Position numbers and translations under genes: made by a program. From the human T2T-CHM13v2.0 reference genome, Homo sapiens, in NCBI RefSeq assembly GCF_009914755.1, contig NC_060925.1: a stretch of DNA of 64,000 bases, one strand, 5' to 3'. Position 1 is the first letter of the stretch. The number at the start of each line of letters is the position of its first letter. Shown here one piece after another: positions 51,408 to 64,000 of the stretch. The notes beneath the pieces were generated by a model. It saw only the letters and a program-made list of their open reading frames with translations. It had not been told where the DNA came from and did no database searches.

Positions 51408-53372
51408 AGTCACTCAAATTATGAAAAAATGCAACATCTAAAGGAAAACATTGATAATGATAACTATTAAATGTAAGGCTTTATTCTCACCCACAGTCAT
51501 CTTAAAGTGGAAAAAATCCCAAACTACATACCCATAGAACCTAATTGCCAAAGGATTGGCACTCTGAATGTGAAAATGACTTCTTTAAATCAGGATCAGA
51601 TCAAGAACATGTAAAAATATGCATTGTACTTGAAGAGTGCATTATCCTGGAAGTCATCTCACAGCAGAGAAAACATAATTTGTCCAGTAACACAGGCAAG
51701 CTTTCTAAAATATTTGACAGCATCAAGTGTTGGTGGGCTTAGGAACGACTTGGACACACACACTGCTGTTAGTGAACACTTTGATCCATATTTTGTTATT
51801 TATACAGTAATGTTAAACATGGATTGCATTCATCATGGTTCTTAGTTGAAACGTATAAAATTACAAATAGCCTATTGAGGCATATGGAGTTTAAAACGTA
51901 GACTACTGCCATTACATGCACAGTCTACATGTGAGAGCTTGGGCTGTACATTACCAGGAACTGAATATATTTTAAAAAGGCTCTCAAAACACCACAAATG
52001 GTGATGAAACCCAACAGCTGCTGCTGTACTTGTGGGTATAAGTATATTTGAGAAAATCTCTGATTTTCCAGAAGAATCGACCACTTCCACTCCAAGCTTG
52101 CAAGAAACCCAACATTCCTTCACATATGTGACTTCTTCCCACAGAAGCTCCACTACTAGTTTTCTTGATGGAAACTGGGTCATATACAAGCAGGGAGATG
52201 GAGATATGAAAGAACCAGTACAAGATATGCTTCAAATCTATAGCTTCCCTGAAGACTATAATACAGACTGGAAAGAGTTTAAAATAAGGACTGAGTGAGC
52301 TTACTTATAGCATCTATCTCATGCATTACATCTGTGCCTCAGCAATTCCACGTACAGGCATACACCTCGGAAAACTCTTTCATACATGAGAAAGCATTTT
52401 TAAGAATGTTTATTGAAGCACTAATTTGCTTTAGAAAAAAGCAGAGATATAACTGAAATTAACTTTCACTGGAGAATATATTGGTGTAAATTAATTAACC
52501 ATAACTTCAGTATTTACTTTTCAAGATTTAAGAAAACCATTAAACTTGGATGAATGCATCTTCTCCATATCTGTCAATTTCCCCACCACAGTTAGTGTGT
52601 GTGTGTTTGTGTGTGCGTACATGTGTGTATCTGTGTATACACGTGTGCATGTGTGTTTGTGTGTTCATAAGAACTAGAAGACATCTTTAAAATTGGAATA
52701 TATAAAAGTTATAAAGGCCCTCATTTGAGCATTTCCTGAGCTTTTCACTTATCCCTTAGTAGAAATACCATCTCCTTTAACAAGAGTTATTGATTCTAAG
52801 AAAAAAAGAAATTTCGTTTTGTCTACTGCTGATTTATCTTGCAGATATAAAAACTGGCAAAAGTAATTCATTTATTTGTATATCATTGGTTTAATAGAAG
52901 GATAGAAGGAAGTGAACTGGCTAGTATCTTTCATCCAAAAATCTTGACACTGGAAAACAATTTCCTAAATTTGTCTTGAATTTTCTTCCTCAGATGAAAA
53001 AACCATAACTGTATTAGCTTTACAACTTATAATTACTTTGTAAATATATTTGATTATTTTCTGTCGAAGTAGCACGTGTGTGCGTGCTTGGGTGTGTGTG
53101 TGTGTGCACTATGACTCAGAGTCAAAGTGAATGTATTTATACTAAATGGATATGTTCATTCATAGATATTTATTGATTGATAACTGTGCACTAAGCTAAT
53201 CAGGGAGAAAGTTACCGTAGCAGAGAGAAGAAACAATTTTTTCCACTGATGAAATAATAAATAAACCAATTCAAATAATGCATAATTTATTGTCTGGAAT
53301 TGTAGTTAAATGAAGAAGCATAGAGAAAGGTAAGAGGATAGAGAATGAAGTAGTATTGGATTCCAGTTTTTT

Positions 53373-56300
53373 AAATTTTTGATTAATTTTTATTTTTATG
53401 GGTATATAGTAGGTGTATATATATGAGATACATGAGATATCTTGATAAAGGCATGCAATAAATAGTAATCACATCAGGGTAAATGGGGTATCCATGACCT
53501 GAAGCATTTATCTTTTGTGTTACAAACAATCCAGTTATAATATGTTAGTAGTTTTAAAATGTATGATTAAATTATTTTTGACTACAGTCATTCTGTTGTG
53601 TTAACAAACACTAAGTCCTAATAATTATTTCTATTTTTGTACCCATCAACCATCACTATTTCCTCCCCACTTCCCCCAACTACCCTTACCAGACCATGCT
53701 TCTACTCTCTAGCTCCAAGAGTTTGATTATTTTAATTTTTAGCTTCCACAAATAAATGAGAACATGTGAAGTTTGTCTTTTTGTGCTTGGCTCATTTTGC
53801 TTAAAATGATGAACTCCAGTTTCATCCATGTTGTTGCAAATGACAGGATTTCATTCTTCTTATGGTTGACTAGAACCCCATTGTGTATAGTTACCAAATT
53901 TTCTTTATCCATTCATCTGTTGTTGGACACTTGTGTTGCTTCCATTGTGTAACTATTGTGAGCAGAGCTGTAGCAAACATTGTAGTGCAGGCACCTTTTC
54001 AATACACTAATTTCCTTTCTTTTGTGTACATACCTAGGAGTGGGATTGCAGGATTGTATGGTAACTCTATTTTTAATTTTTTGAGGAACTGTCAAACTGT
54101 TGTCCATAGTGATTCTACTAATTTACATTCTAACCCACAGTGTACAAGGGTTCTCTTTGCTTCACATCCTTGCCAGCATTTGTTATAGCCTGACTGACTT
54201 TTGGATAAAAACCATTTTATCTGGGGTGAGGTGATATCTCATTGTAGTTTTGATTTGTATTTCTCTGACAATCAGTGATATTGAGGACCTTTTCATATAC
54301 CTGTTTGCCATTTTTATGTCTTCTTTTGAGAAATGCCTATTCAGATCTTTTGCCCATGTTTAAATCAGATTATTAGATTTGTCCCTAGAGAGTTATTTGT
54401 GCTCTTTATATATTCTGTCAGATGGGTAGTTTTCAAATATTTTCTCTCAGTCTATGGGTTTTGTCTTCACTTTGTTGATTGTTTCCTTTGCTGTGCCAGA
54501 GATTTTTAACTTGATGTGATCATTTGTCCATTTTTGCTTTGGTTGCCTGTGCTTTTGAGGTATTAGTCAATAAATCTTCAACCAGTCCAATGTCTGAGAG
54601 CATTCTCCAATGTTTTCTTTTAGTATTTTCATAGTTTGAGGCCTTACATTTAAGTCTTTAATCCATTTTGATTTGAGTTTTCTATATGGTGAGAGAAAGG
54701 GGTCTAGTTTTATTCTTCTGCATACGAATATCCAGTTTTCCCAGCACCACTTATTGAAAATGGTATTCTTTCCCTAATGTATGATCTTGGCACCTTTGTC
54801 AAAATTGAGTTCACTGTAGATGTATAGATTTATCTCTGGGTTCTCTATTCTGTTCCACTGATCTATGTGTCTGTTTTTATACCAGAACCATGCCGTTTTG
54901 ATTACTAAAGCTCTGTAGTATAACTTAAAGTCAAATAATGTGATTCCTCCAGTTTTGTTCTTTTTACTTAATAAATCTTTGCTATTCTGGGTCTTTTGTG
55001 GTTCCACATAGATTTTAGGACTTTTTTTCCTATTTCTGTGAAAAATGTCGTTGGTATTTTGATAAGGATTGAATTGAATCTGTATATTACTTTAGATAGT
55101 GTGGACATTTTAACAATATTTATTCTCCTAATCCATGAACGTGAAACATCTTTCCAGTATTTTGTGTCTTCTCCAATTTATTGCATCAGCGTTTTATAGT
55201 TTTTATTGTAGAAATCATTCACTTCTGTGGTTAATTCCTTGGTATTTTATTTTATTTGTAGTTATTGTCTGGTCTGGTGTTGATGAAATTCGCCAGCTCT
55301 TGTTTTTCTGGAAAGTCTTCAATTCTTCTTCATATTTAACTAATATTTTCCCTGGATATGGTATTCCAGAATAAAAGTATTTTTCCTTCTGCACTGTAAA
55401 CATGTCATACCATTCTCCTGGTCTGTAAGCTTTCTGTTGAAAAGTCAGTTCCTAGATGTATTTGAGCTTCATGGTATGTTACTTGTTTCTTGTCTCTTGC
55501 TGCTTTTAGGATCCTTTATTTTGACCTTCGGAAGTTTATTAAATGCCTTGAGGTAGTCTTATTTGGGCTAAATCTGATTGGTGTTCTATAACCTTGTACT
55601 TGAATAATGATATAGGTTTGGGAAATTCTATGTTATTACACCTTTGAATAAACTTTCTACTCCTATCTCTTTCTCTACCACCTCTTTAAAGCCAATAACT
55701 TTTAGAGTAGCCCATTTGAGGCTACTTTCTAGATCCTGTAGGCATGCTTCTTTGTTTCTTATAATTTTTCCTTTTGTCCCCGATATGGTTAGGCTTTGCA
55801 TCCCCACCAAAATCTCATCTTGAATTGTAATCCCCACATGTCAAGGGAGAGACAAGGTGGAGGTAATTGAATCATGGGGGCAGATTCCCCCATGCTGTTC
55901 TCATGATAGTGAGTGAGTTCTCATGAGATCTGATGGTTTTATAAAGGGCTCTTCCCCCTTTGCTTGACTCTTCTCCTTCCTGCCATCTTTGAAGAAGGTG
56001 CCTTGCTTCCCCTTCCTCCATGATTGTAAGTTTCTTGAGGCCTCCCCAGCTATGTTGAACTGTGAGTCAATTAAACCTATTTTCTTTATAAATTACTGAG
56101 TCTCAGGCAGCTCTTTATAGCAGTATGAAAATGGAGTAAACTGTCTCCTCTGTTTTCAAATAGCCTGTCTTCAAGCTCACTAATTCTTTTTCCTGCTTAA
56201 TCAATGTGCTATTGGAAAACTCTGATGCATTCGTCAGTAGGTCAATTGCATTTTTCAACTCCAGAATTTCTGCTTGTTTTTATTTCAATCTCTTTGTTAA

Positions 56301-58510
56301 ATTTATTTGACAGAATTCTGAATTCCTTCTCTGTGTTATTCTCAATTTTTTTGAGTTTTTTTCAACACAGCTATTTTGAATTCTCTGTCTGAAAGGTGAC
56401 ATATCTATGTTTCTCCAGAATTGATCTCTGGTGCCTTATTTAGTTCATTTGCTGAGGTAATGTTTTCCTGGATGATGTTGATGCTTGTGGATGGATGTTC
56501 ATTTGTGTCTGGGCATTAAAGAGTTAGTTATTTTTTGTACTGCTCACTGTCTGAGCTTATTTGCACCCATCCTTTTTGGGAAGGCTTTCCAGGTATTAAA
56601 AAAGACTTGGGTGTTGTGATCTAAGCTGTGTTGGCTTTAGGGGGCACCCAAGGCCAGTAATCCTGTGGTTCTTGTAGACTCATAGAGATACCACCTTGAT
56701 CGTCTTAAATGATATCCGGAATAAATCACTGGATTACCAGAAAGAGACTCATGTTTTCTTCGCTTACTTTCTCTCAAACAAATGAAGTCTCTCTCTCTCT
56801 CTACTCTGAACCACCTGGAGCTAGGAATGGGGTGACACAAGCACCCCTGTGGCCACAAGCATCAGAGTGCTCTCGATCAGACCTGAAACCAGCACAGGAC
56901 TGAGCCTGGCTCATGGCCTGCTATAAACACTACCTGGCTACTTCCAATGTTTTCTCAAGGCCTTGGGGCTCTATAACCAGCAGGTGAGAAAGCCAGCCAG
57001 GCCTGTGTCTTTCCCCTCAGGGCACAGACTTCCCACAGGCCCCTGCCAAGTCCAGAGGTGCCATTCAGTAGCCAGGGACTAGAGTAAAATCCTTAGAAGT
57101 CTACCTGGTGTTCTATTGTACTGTGGCTTTGCTGGCATTCAAACCACGAGATGCAGTTCTATCCCCTCTTCCCCCCATTTTCCACAGGCAGAGGAGCCTC
57201 AATCTGTGACCACTACCACCACGGCCCACAGGGAGTATTCCAGGATACTGAAAGTATTTCCTTAAGGCCAAAGGGCTCTTTAGTTACCTTGCGGTAAATG
57301 CTGCCTAGGATAGGACTTATTTTTCAGGGCAGTGGACTCTCGTTTGGCCCAGGATAGATCCAGAAATGCCATCGAAGAGCCAAAGCCTGGACTCAAAGAC
57401 CCCAAGGACCTGCTTGGTTCTCTAGCCCCCTGTGGCTAAACCAGTGACAAAGTCCCCTTTACTTTTTCCTCTGCTTTTCTCAAGTAGAAAGGGTTTTTCT
57501 CCATAGCCCCTATAGCTGGGATGGTGCCGAGTTTTACCTGAAGGTAGCCAGTCTCAGAGTCTCACTGAAGGGCCACAAGATACTACCTGGGTATTTCTCC
57601 TAGTTATTCAGGGTCCAAGGGCTCTTTAGTTAGCAAGTGATGAATCCTGCCAGGACTGGGTAATTTCCTTCAAGGCAGCAGGTTTCCTTCTGGCCTAGGG
57701 TGTGTCTAGAATTGTCATTTTGGAACTAGGGCCTGGAAAGGGGGCCTCACGGCTCTGACTGATGGCCTATCTTACTGTGACTGAGGTGGTATCCAAGATG
57801 TAAGACAGAGTTCTCTTTACTCTCTTCAATCCTCAAGCAGAAGGAAGCAGTCTGTTTTGGAGCCATGAGCTGTGCAGCCTAAGGTTGCGGGGGTGATGTA
57901 AGCACTCCCTTGGCCACCCCAGATGATGTCTCAGTATGTCATATGCCCTCCAAGTTCCCTGGTTCTGAGCCCAGTTCAGCACTAGGACCCACCTAGGAGT
58001 TGCAGTCTTTGCAGTCTATACTGCCTTACAAGTTTTTATAGGATCCCAGAGCACTTTAGCCTACCATAGCGACATTTGCCAGAACTCAAGTTCCAACAGC
58101 TGGCATGTGTTATTCCCTTCTAGCTAGGGCTGATTTATCTGCTTCCTTTGTGGAAAGGTGTTAGCTGAGTTCAGTCCAGTTTTGCTTTCTGCTGTGGCAG
58201 GACAGCACTGAGTTCAATACAACGTCTCACAGTTGCTGTGCTATCCTTCTTACAGCACACAGATTCTCTCTTCACACCACATGGCCACTGCCAAGGGACT
58301 GGAGAGAGGTGATATCAGGGATTTAAGACTTTCTTTCCTACCTTCTTCAGTGTCTCTTTTATTAATGTGAGGTTAAAACCAGGTATTGTGAGTGCTCACT
58401 TGATTTTGGTTCTTATAAAGGTGGTTTGTTTTGTGTAGATGTGAAACTGGTAGAGGCAGGGGAGAAAATTAGTAGAGCCCTTTATTTGGCCATCTTATTC
58501 TTCCCCCTCA
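53373..58510 (-). mobile_element. L1MA-like element: 3' UTR/ORF2 end joined at ~55265 to ORF1 and 5' UTR, with a THE1 insertion
   Basis: ORF2 peptides ([14 protein letters not shown]) on the left, ORF1-like peptides on the right, and the 5' terminus 'tttggccatcttattcttcc' at ~58500. Confidence 0.8.
55781..56142 (+). mobile_element. THE1 (MaLR) solo LTR
   Basis: 'gatatggtt.ggct...aatctcatcttgaattgtaatccccac...gaactgtgagtcaattaaacct...ctttatagcagtatgaaaatgga'. Confidence 0.9.
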
Positions 58511-59052
58511 GTTTCTAGTTTAGATGGCATGCATGGAACTGCTTTTTGGTAATGTATTTGAGCAGAGACTAAAACACATATAAGTAGAGATTGTCCTCCC
58601 CCCGCAGAAAAAACTTACATTTTATCCAATTGTGGATTTTTATGACTAAAATAATCTTAGTATAGATCAGTATACTTTTAAAAACACTGGTAACTATTCA
58701 TTGTAGTCAATACCTAGGGAGATATAACAAACAGAGATGATCTGTGTCCTCAGCAAAGCTTAAAATTTACACTGTGAGTCCACATAAACACTTTCAATTA
58801 ATTTGAACTATGCATTTATTTATTCATCACTTGCATGTATCGAATAAATGCTCTATATATTCTGCAGCACTGGTACTTTAAGTACTGATTGATACCCTTG
58901 TTAATATAAAAATAAATTCCTCTGCTTTCATGGAACTTACTTTCTGGTAGAAGAAGGCAAAATAGTCATATAAGGATATTAATGCAATAAAAGTGCAAAG
59001 AGCTATGAAGTAAATAAAAAAGCTATGAAGTATATAGTAGAATAAAGAATAT

Positions 59053-62000
59053 AAATCCTTTGGGTATGTACCCAGTAATGGGAATGCTGGGTCAAAGGGT
59101 ATTTCTGGTTCTAGATCCTTGAGGAATCACGACACTGTCTTCCATAATGGTTGAATTAATTTACACTCCCACTAACAGTGTAAAGGCATTCCTATTTCTC
59201 CACATCCTCTCCAGCATCTATTGTTTCCTCACTTTTTAATTATCACCATTCTAACTGGCATGAGATGGTATCTCATTGTGGTTTTGATTTGCATTTCTCT
59301 AATGACCAGTGATGATGAGCTTTTTTTTCATATGTTTGTTGGCTGCATAAATGTCTTCTTTTGAGAAGTGTCTGTTCATATCCTTGGTGCACTTTTTGAT
59401 GGGGTTGTTTTTTTTCTTGTAAATTTGTTTAAGTTCTTTGTAGATTTGAGATATTTGCCCTTGGTCAGATGGATAGATTGCAAAAGTTTTCTCCCATTCT
59501 GTAGGTTGCCTGTTCACTCTGATGATAGTTTCATTTGCTGTGCAGAAACTCTTTAGTTTAATTAGATCCCATTTGTCAATTTTGGCTTTTGTTGTCATTG
59601 CTTTTGGTGTATTAGTCATGAAGTCTTTGCCCATGCCTATGTCCTGAATGGTATTGCCTAGGTTTTCTTCTAGGGTTTTTATGGTTTTAGGTCTTATGTT
59701 TAAGTCTTTAATCCATCTAGAGTTATTTTTTTGTATAAGGTGTAAGGAAGGAATCCAGTTTCAGCTTTCTGCATATATCTAGTCATTTGTCCCAACACCA
59801 TTTATTAAATATGGAATCCTTTCCCCATTGCTTGTTCTTGTCAGGTTTGTCAAAGATCGGGTAGTTGTTGATGTGTGGTGTTATTTCTGAGGGCTCTGTT
59901 TTGTTCCATTGGTCTGTATACCTGTTTTGGTAGCAGTGCCATGCTGTTTTGGTTACTGTAGCCTTGTAGTATAGTTTGAAGTCAGGTAGCATGATGCCTC
60001 CAGCTTTGTTCTTTTTGCATAGGATTGTCTTGGCTATGTGGGCTCTTTTTTGGTTCCATATGAAATTTAAGGTAGTTTTTTTTTTTTTTCCAATTCTGTG
60101 AAGAAAGTCAGTGGCAGCTTGATGGGGATAGCATTGGATCTATAAATTACTTTGGGCAGTATGGCCATTTTCATGATCTTGATTTTTCCTATCCATGAGC
60201 ATGGAATGTTTTTCCATTTGTTTGTGTCCTCTCTTATTTCCTTGAGCAGTGGTTTGTAGTTCTCCTTGAAGAGGTCCTTCACATCCCTTGTAAGTTGTGT
60301 TCCTAGGTATTTTATTCTCTTTGTAGCAGTTGTAAATGGGAGTTCACTCATGATTTGGCTCTCTGTTTGTCTGTTATTGGTGTATAAGAATGCTTGTGAT
60401 TTTTGCACATTGATTTTGTGTCCTGAGATTTTGCTGAAGTTGCTTATCAAGCTTAAGGAGATTTTGGGCTGAGATGATGGGGTTTTCTAAATATACAATC
60501 GTATCATCTGCAAACAGAGACAATTTAAATTCCTCTTTTCGTAATTGAATACCATTTATTTCTTTTTCTTGCCTGATTGCCCTGGCCAGAACTTCCAATA
60601 CTATGTTGAATAGGAGTGGAGAGAGAAGGCATCCTTGTCTTGTGCCTGTTTTCAAAAGGAATGCTTCCAGTTTTTGCCCATTCAGTATATTGGCTGTGAG
60701 TTTTTCATTAATAGCTCTTATTATTTTGAGATATGTTCCATCGATACGTCGTTTATTGAGAGTTTTCAGCATGAAGTGTTGTTGAATTTTGCTGAAGGCC
60801 TTTTCTCCATCTATTGAGATAATCAGGTGGTTTTCGTCATTGGTTCTGTTGAAGTGATGGATTACGTTTATTGATTTGCATATGTTGAACCAGCCTTGCA
60901 TCCTAGGGATGAAGCTACTTGATCATGGTGGATAAGCTTTTTGATGTGCTGCTGGATTCAGCTTGCCAGTATTTTATTGAGGATTTTCACATCGATGTTC
61001 ATCAGGGATATTGGCCCGAAATTTTCTTTTTTGTTGTGTCTCTGCCAGGTTTTGGTATCAGGATGATGCTGGCCTCGTAAAATGAGTTAGGGAGGATTCC
61101 CTCTTTTTCTATTGTTTGCAATAGTTTCAGAAGGAATGGTACCACCTCCACTTTGTACCTCTGGTAGAATTCGGCTGTGTATCTGTCTGGTCCTGGACTT
61201 TTTTTGGTTAGTAGGCTATTAATTACTGCCTCAATTTCAGAACTTGTTATTGGTCTATTCAGGGATTTGACTTCTTCCTGGTTTAGTCTTGGGAGGGTGT
61301 ATGTGTCCAGGAATTTATCCATTTCTTCTAGATTTTCTAATGTATTTACATAGAGGTGTTTATAGTATTCTCTGATGGTAGTTTGTATTTCTGTGGGATC
61401 AGTGGTGATAACACTTTTATCATTTTTTTGTGTTGTATTTGATTGTTCTCTTTTTTCTTATTAGTCTGGCTAGTGGTCTATTTATGTTGTTGATCTTTTC
61501 AAAAACCCAGCTCCTGGATTCATTGATTTTTTGAAGGCTTTTTCGTGTCTCTATCTCCTTCGGTTCTGCTCTGACTTTAGTTATTTCTTGTCTTCTGCTA
61601 GCTTTTGAATTTGTTTGTTCTTGCTTCTCTAGTTCTCTTAATTGTGATGTTAGGGTGTTGATTTTAGATCTTTCCTTCTTTCTCTTGTGGGCATTTAGTG
61701 CTATAAATTTTCCTCTACACACTGCTTTAAATGTGTCCCAGATATTCTGGTACATTGTGTCTTTGTTCTCATTGGTCTCAAAGAACATCTGCCTTCATTT
61801 CATTATTTACCCAGTAGTCATTCAGGCACAGGTTGTTCAGTTTCCATGTAGTTATGTGGTTTTGAGTGAGTTTCTTAATATCGAGTTCTAATTTGATTGC
61901 ACTGTGGTCTGAGAGACTGTTTGTTGTGATTTTCGTCCTTTCTCATTTGCTGAAGAGTGTTTTACTTCTAATTATGTGGTCAATTTTAGAATAAGTGCTA

Positions 62001-64000
62001 TGTGGTGCTGAGAAGAATGTATATTCTGTTGATCTGGGGCGTAGAGTTCTGCAGATGTCTATTAAGTCCGCTTGGTCCAGCGCTGAGATCAAGTTCTGGA
62101 TATCCTTGTTAATTTTCTGTCTCATTGATCTGTCTAATATTGACAGTGGGGTATTAAAGTCTCCCACTATTACAGTGTGGGAGTCTAAGTCCCTTTGTAG
62201 GTCTCTAAGAACTTGCTTTATGAATCTGGGTGCTCCTATATTGGGTGCATATACATTTAGGATAGTTAGTTCTTATTGTTGCATTGATCCCTTTACCATT
62301 ACGTGATGCCCTTCTTTGTCTCTTTTGATCTTTGTTGGTTTAAAGTCTGTTTTGTTAGAGATTAGGATTTCAACTCCTGTTTTTTTTGTTTTTTGTTTTT
62401 TTGCTTTCCATTTGCTTGGTAAACATTCCTCCATCCCTTTATTTTGAGCCTATGTGTGTCTTTGCACATGAGATGAGTCTCCTGAATACAGCACACTGAT
62501 GGGTCTCGACTCTTTATCCAATTTGCCAGTCTGTGTCTTTTAATTGGGGCACTTAGCCCATTTACATTTAAGGTTAATATCGTTATGTGTGAATTTGATC
62601 TGCCATTATGATGCTAGCTGGTTATTTTGCCCGTTAGTTGATGCAGTTTTTTCATAGTGTCGATGGTCTTTACATTTTGGCATGATTTTGCAGTGGCTGG
62701 TACCAGTAGTTCCTTTCCATGTTTAGTGCTTCCTTCAGGAGCTCTTGTAAGGCAGGCCTGGTGGTGACAAAACCTCTCAGCATTTGCTTGTCTGTAACGG
62801 ATTTTATTTCTCCTTCGCTTATGAAGCTTAGTTTGGCTGGATATGAAATTCTGGGTAGAAAATTCTTTTCTTTAAGAATGTTGAATATTGGCCCCTACTC
62901 TCTTCTGGCTTGTAGGGTTTCTGCAGAGAGATCTGCTGTTAGTCTAATGGGCTTCCCTTTGTGGGTAACTCGACCTTTCTCTCTGGCTGCCCTTAACATG
63001 TTTTCCTTCATTTCAACCTTGGTGAATGTAATGATTATGTGTCTTGGAGTTGCTCTTCTCGAGGAGTGTCTTTGTGGTGTTCTCTGTATTTCCTGAATTT
63101 GAATGTTGGCCTGTCTTGCTAGGTTGGGGAAGTTCTCCTGGATAATATCCTGAAGAGTGTTTTCCAACTGGGTTCCATTCTCCTCATCACTTTCAGAAAC
63201 ACCAATCAAACCTGGATTTGGTCTTTTCACATAGTACCATATTTCTTGGGGGCTTTGTGCATTTCTTTTCACTCTTTTTTCTCTAATCTTGTCTTTTTGC
63301 TTTATTTCATTGAGTTCATCTTCAATCTCTGATATTCTTTTTTCCGCTTGATCGATTTGGCTATTGATACTGGTGTATGCTTCACGAAGTTCTCATGCTG
63401 TGTTTTTCAGCTCCATCAGGTCACTTATGTTCTTTTCTAAACTGGTTATTCTAGTTAACAATTCATCTAACCTTTTTTCAAGGTTCTTAGCTTCCTTGAA
63501 TTGGGTTAGAACATGCTCCTTTAACTTGGAGGAGTTTGTTACTACCTACTTCTGAAGACTACTTCTGTCAATTCATCACTCATTCTCCATCCAGTTTTGT
63601 TCCCTTGCTGGCGAGGAGTTGTGATCCTTCGCAGGAGAAGAGGTTTTCTAGTTTTTAGAACTTTCAGCCTTTTTGTGCTGGTTTCTCCCCATCTTCATGA
63701 ATTTATCTACCTTTGGTCTTTGATGTTGGTAACCTTCAGATGGCGTCTCTGAGTGGATGCCCTTTTTGTTGATGTTGATACACTCCCTTTCTGTTTGTTA
63801 GTTTTCCTTCTAACAGTCAGGCCCCTCTGCTGCAGGTCTGTTGGAGCTTGTTGGAGGTCCACTCCAGACCCTGTTTGCCTGGGTATTACCAGCGGAGGCT
63901 GAAGAACAGCAAAGACTGCTGCCTGTTCCTTCCTCTGGAAACTTTGTCCCAGAGGGACACCCACCAGATGGCAGCTGGAGCTCTCCTGTATGAGGTGTCT
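59053..64000 (-). mobile_element. Long L1PA (5' UTR part, ORF1, ORF2), disabled and lacking its 3' end; continues right of the window
   Basis: Continuous series of ORF1 and ORF2 fragments ([28 protein letters not shown]). Confidence 0.96.

Noticed and set aside
59053-64000. Retrotransposition-competent L1
   Set aside because: ORF1 and ORF2 are broken into many pieces and the 3' end is missing.

Overview
Human (primate) genomic DNA, recognisable as the 1q44 GCSAML / olfactory-receptor cluster. It is not a microbial window, so most short ORFs in the supplied track are decayed LINE-1, Alu or ERV fragments or noise. Genic content, all on the + strand: (1) the terminal coding exon and long 3' UTR of GCSAML (2960 to ~6510); (2) two single-exon class II olfactory receptor CDSs, OR2G2 (17203-18156) and OR2G3 (34412-35341); (3) a family-14 OR (OR14L1/OR14L1P) whose main exon lacks an in-frame ATG ahead of its N-glycosylation sites. 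The sequence supports a two-exon CDS for it, 46188-46224 joined to 48464-49404, giving 325 aa. Most of the remainder is interspersed repeat: L1PA/L1PB/L1M copies, Alus, an ERV-L pol remnant, solo LTRs (LTR5, MER4-like, MER34-like, THE1), Tigger DNA transposons and a tailless U6 retrocopy. Best leads: an intact L1 ORF0-like frame in an antisense intronic L1 that has lost its YY1 site, ending in a splice donor in phase with the GCSAML last exon (a predicted 150-aa fusion); the split OR14L1 CDS with a 20-bp duplication that truncates its tail; motif erosion in OR2G2; and an apparent ~170-bp target-site duplication around an L1 insertion. Gene and repeat names come from recall and were not checked against databases; repeat subfamily calls and boundaries are approximate.
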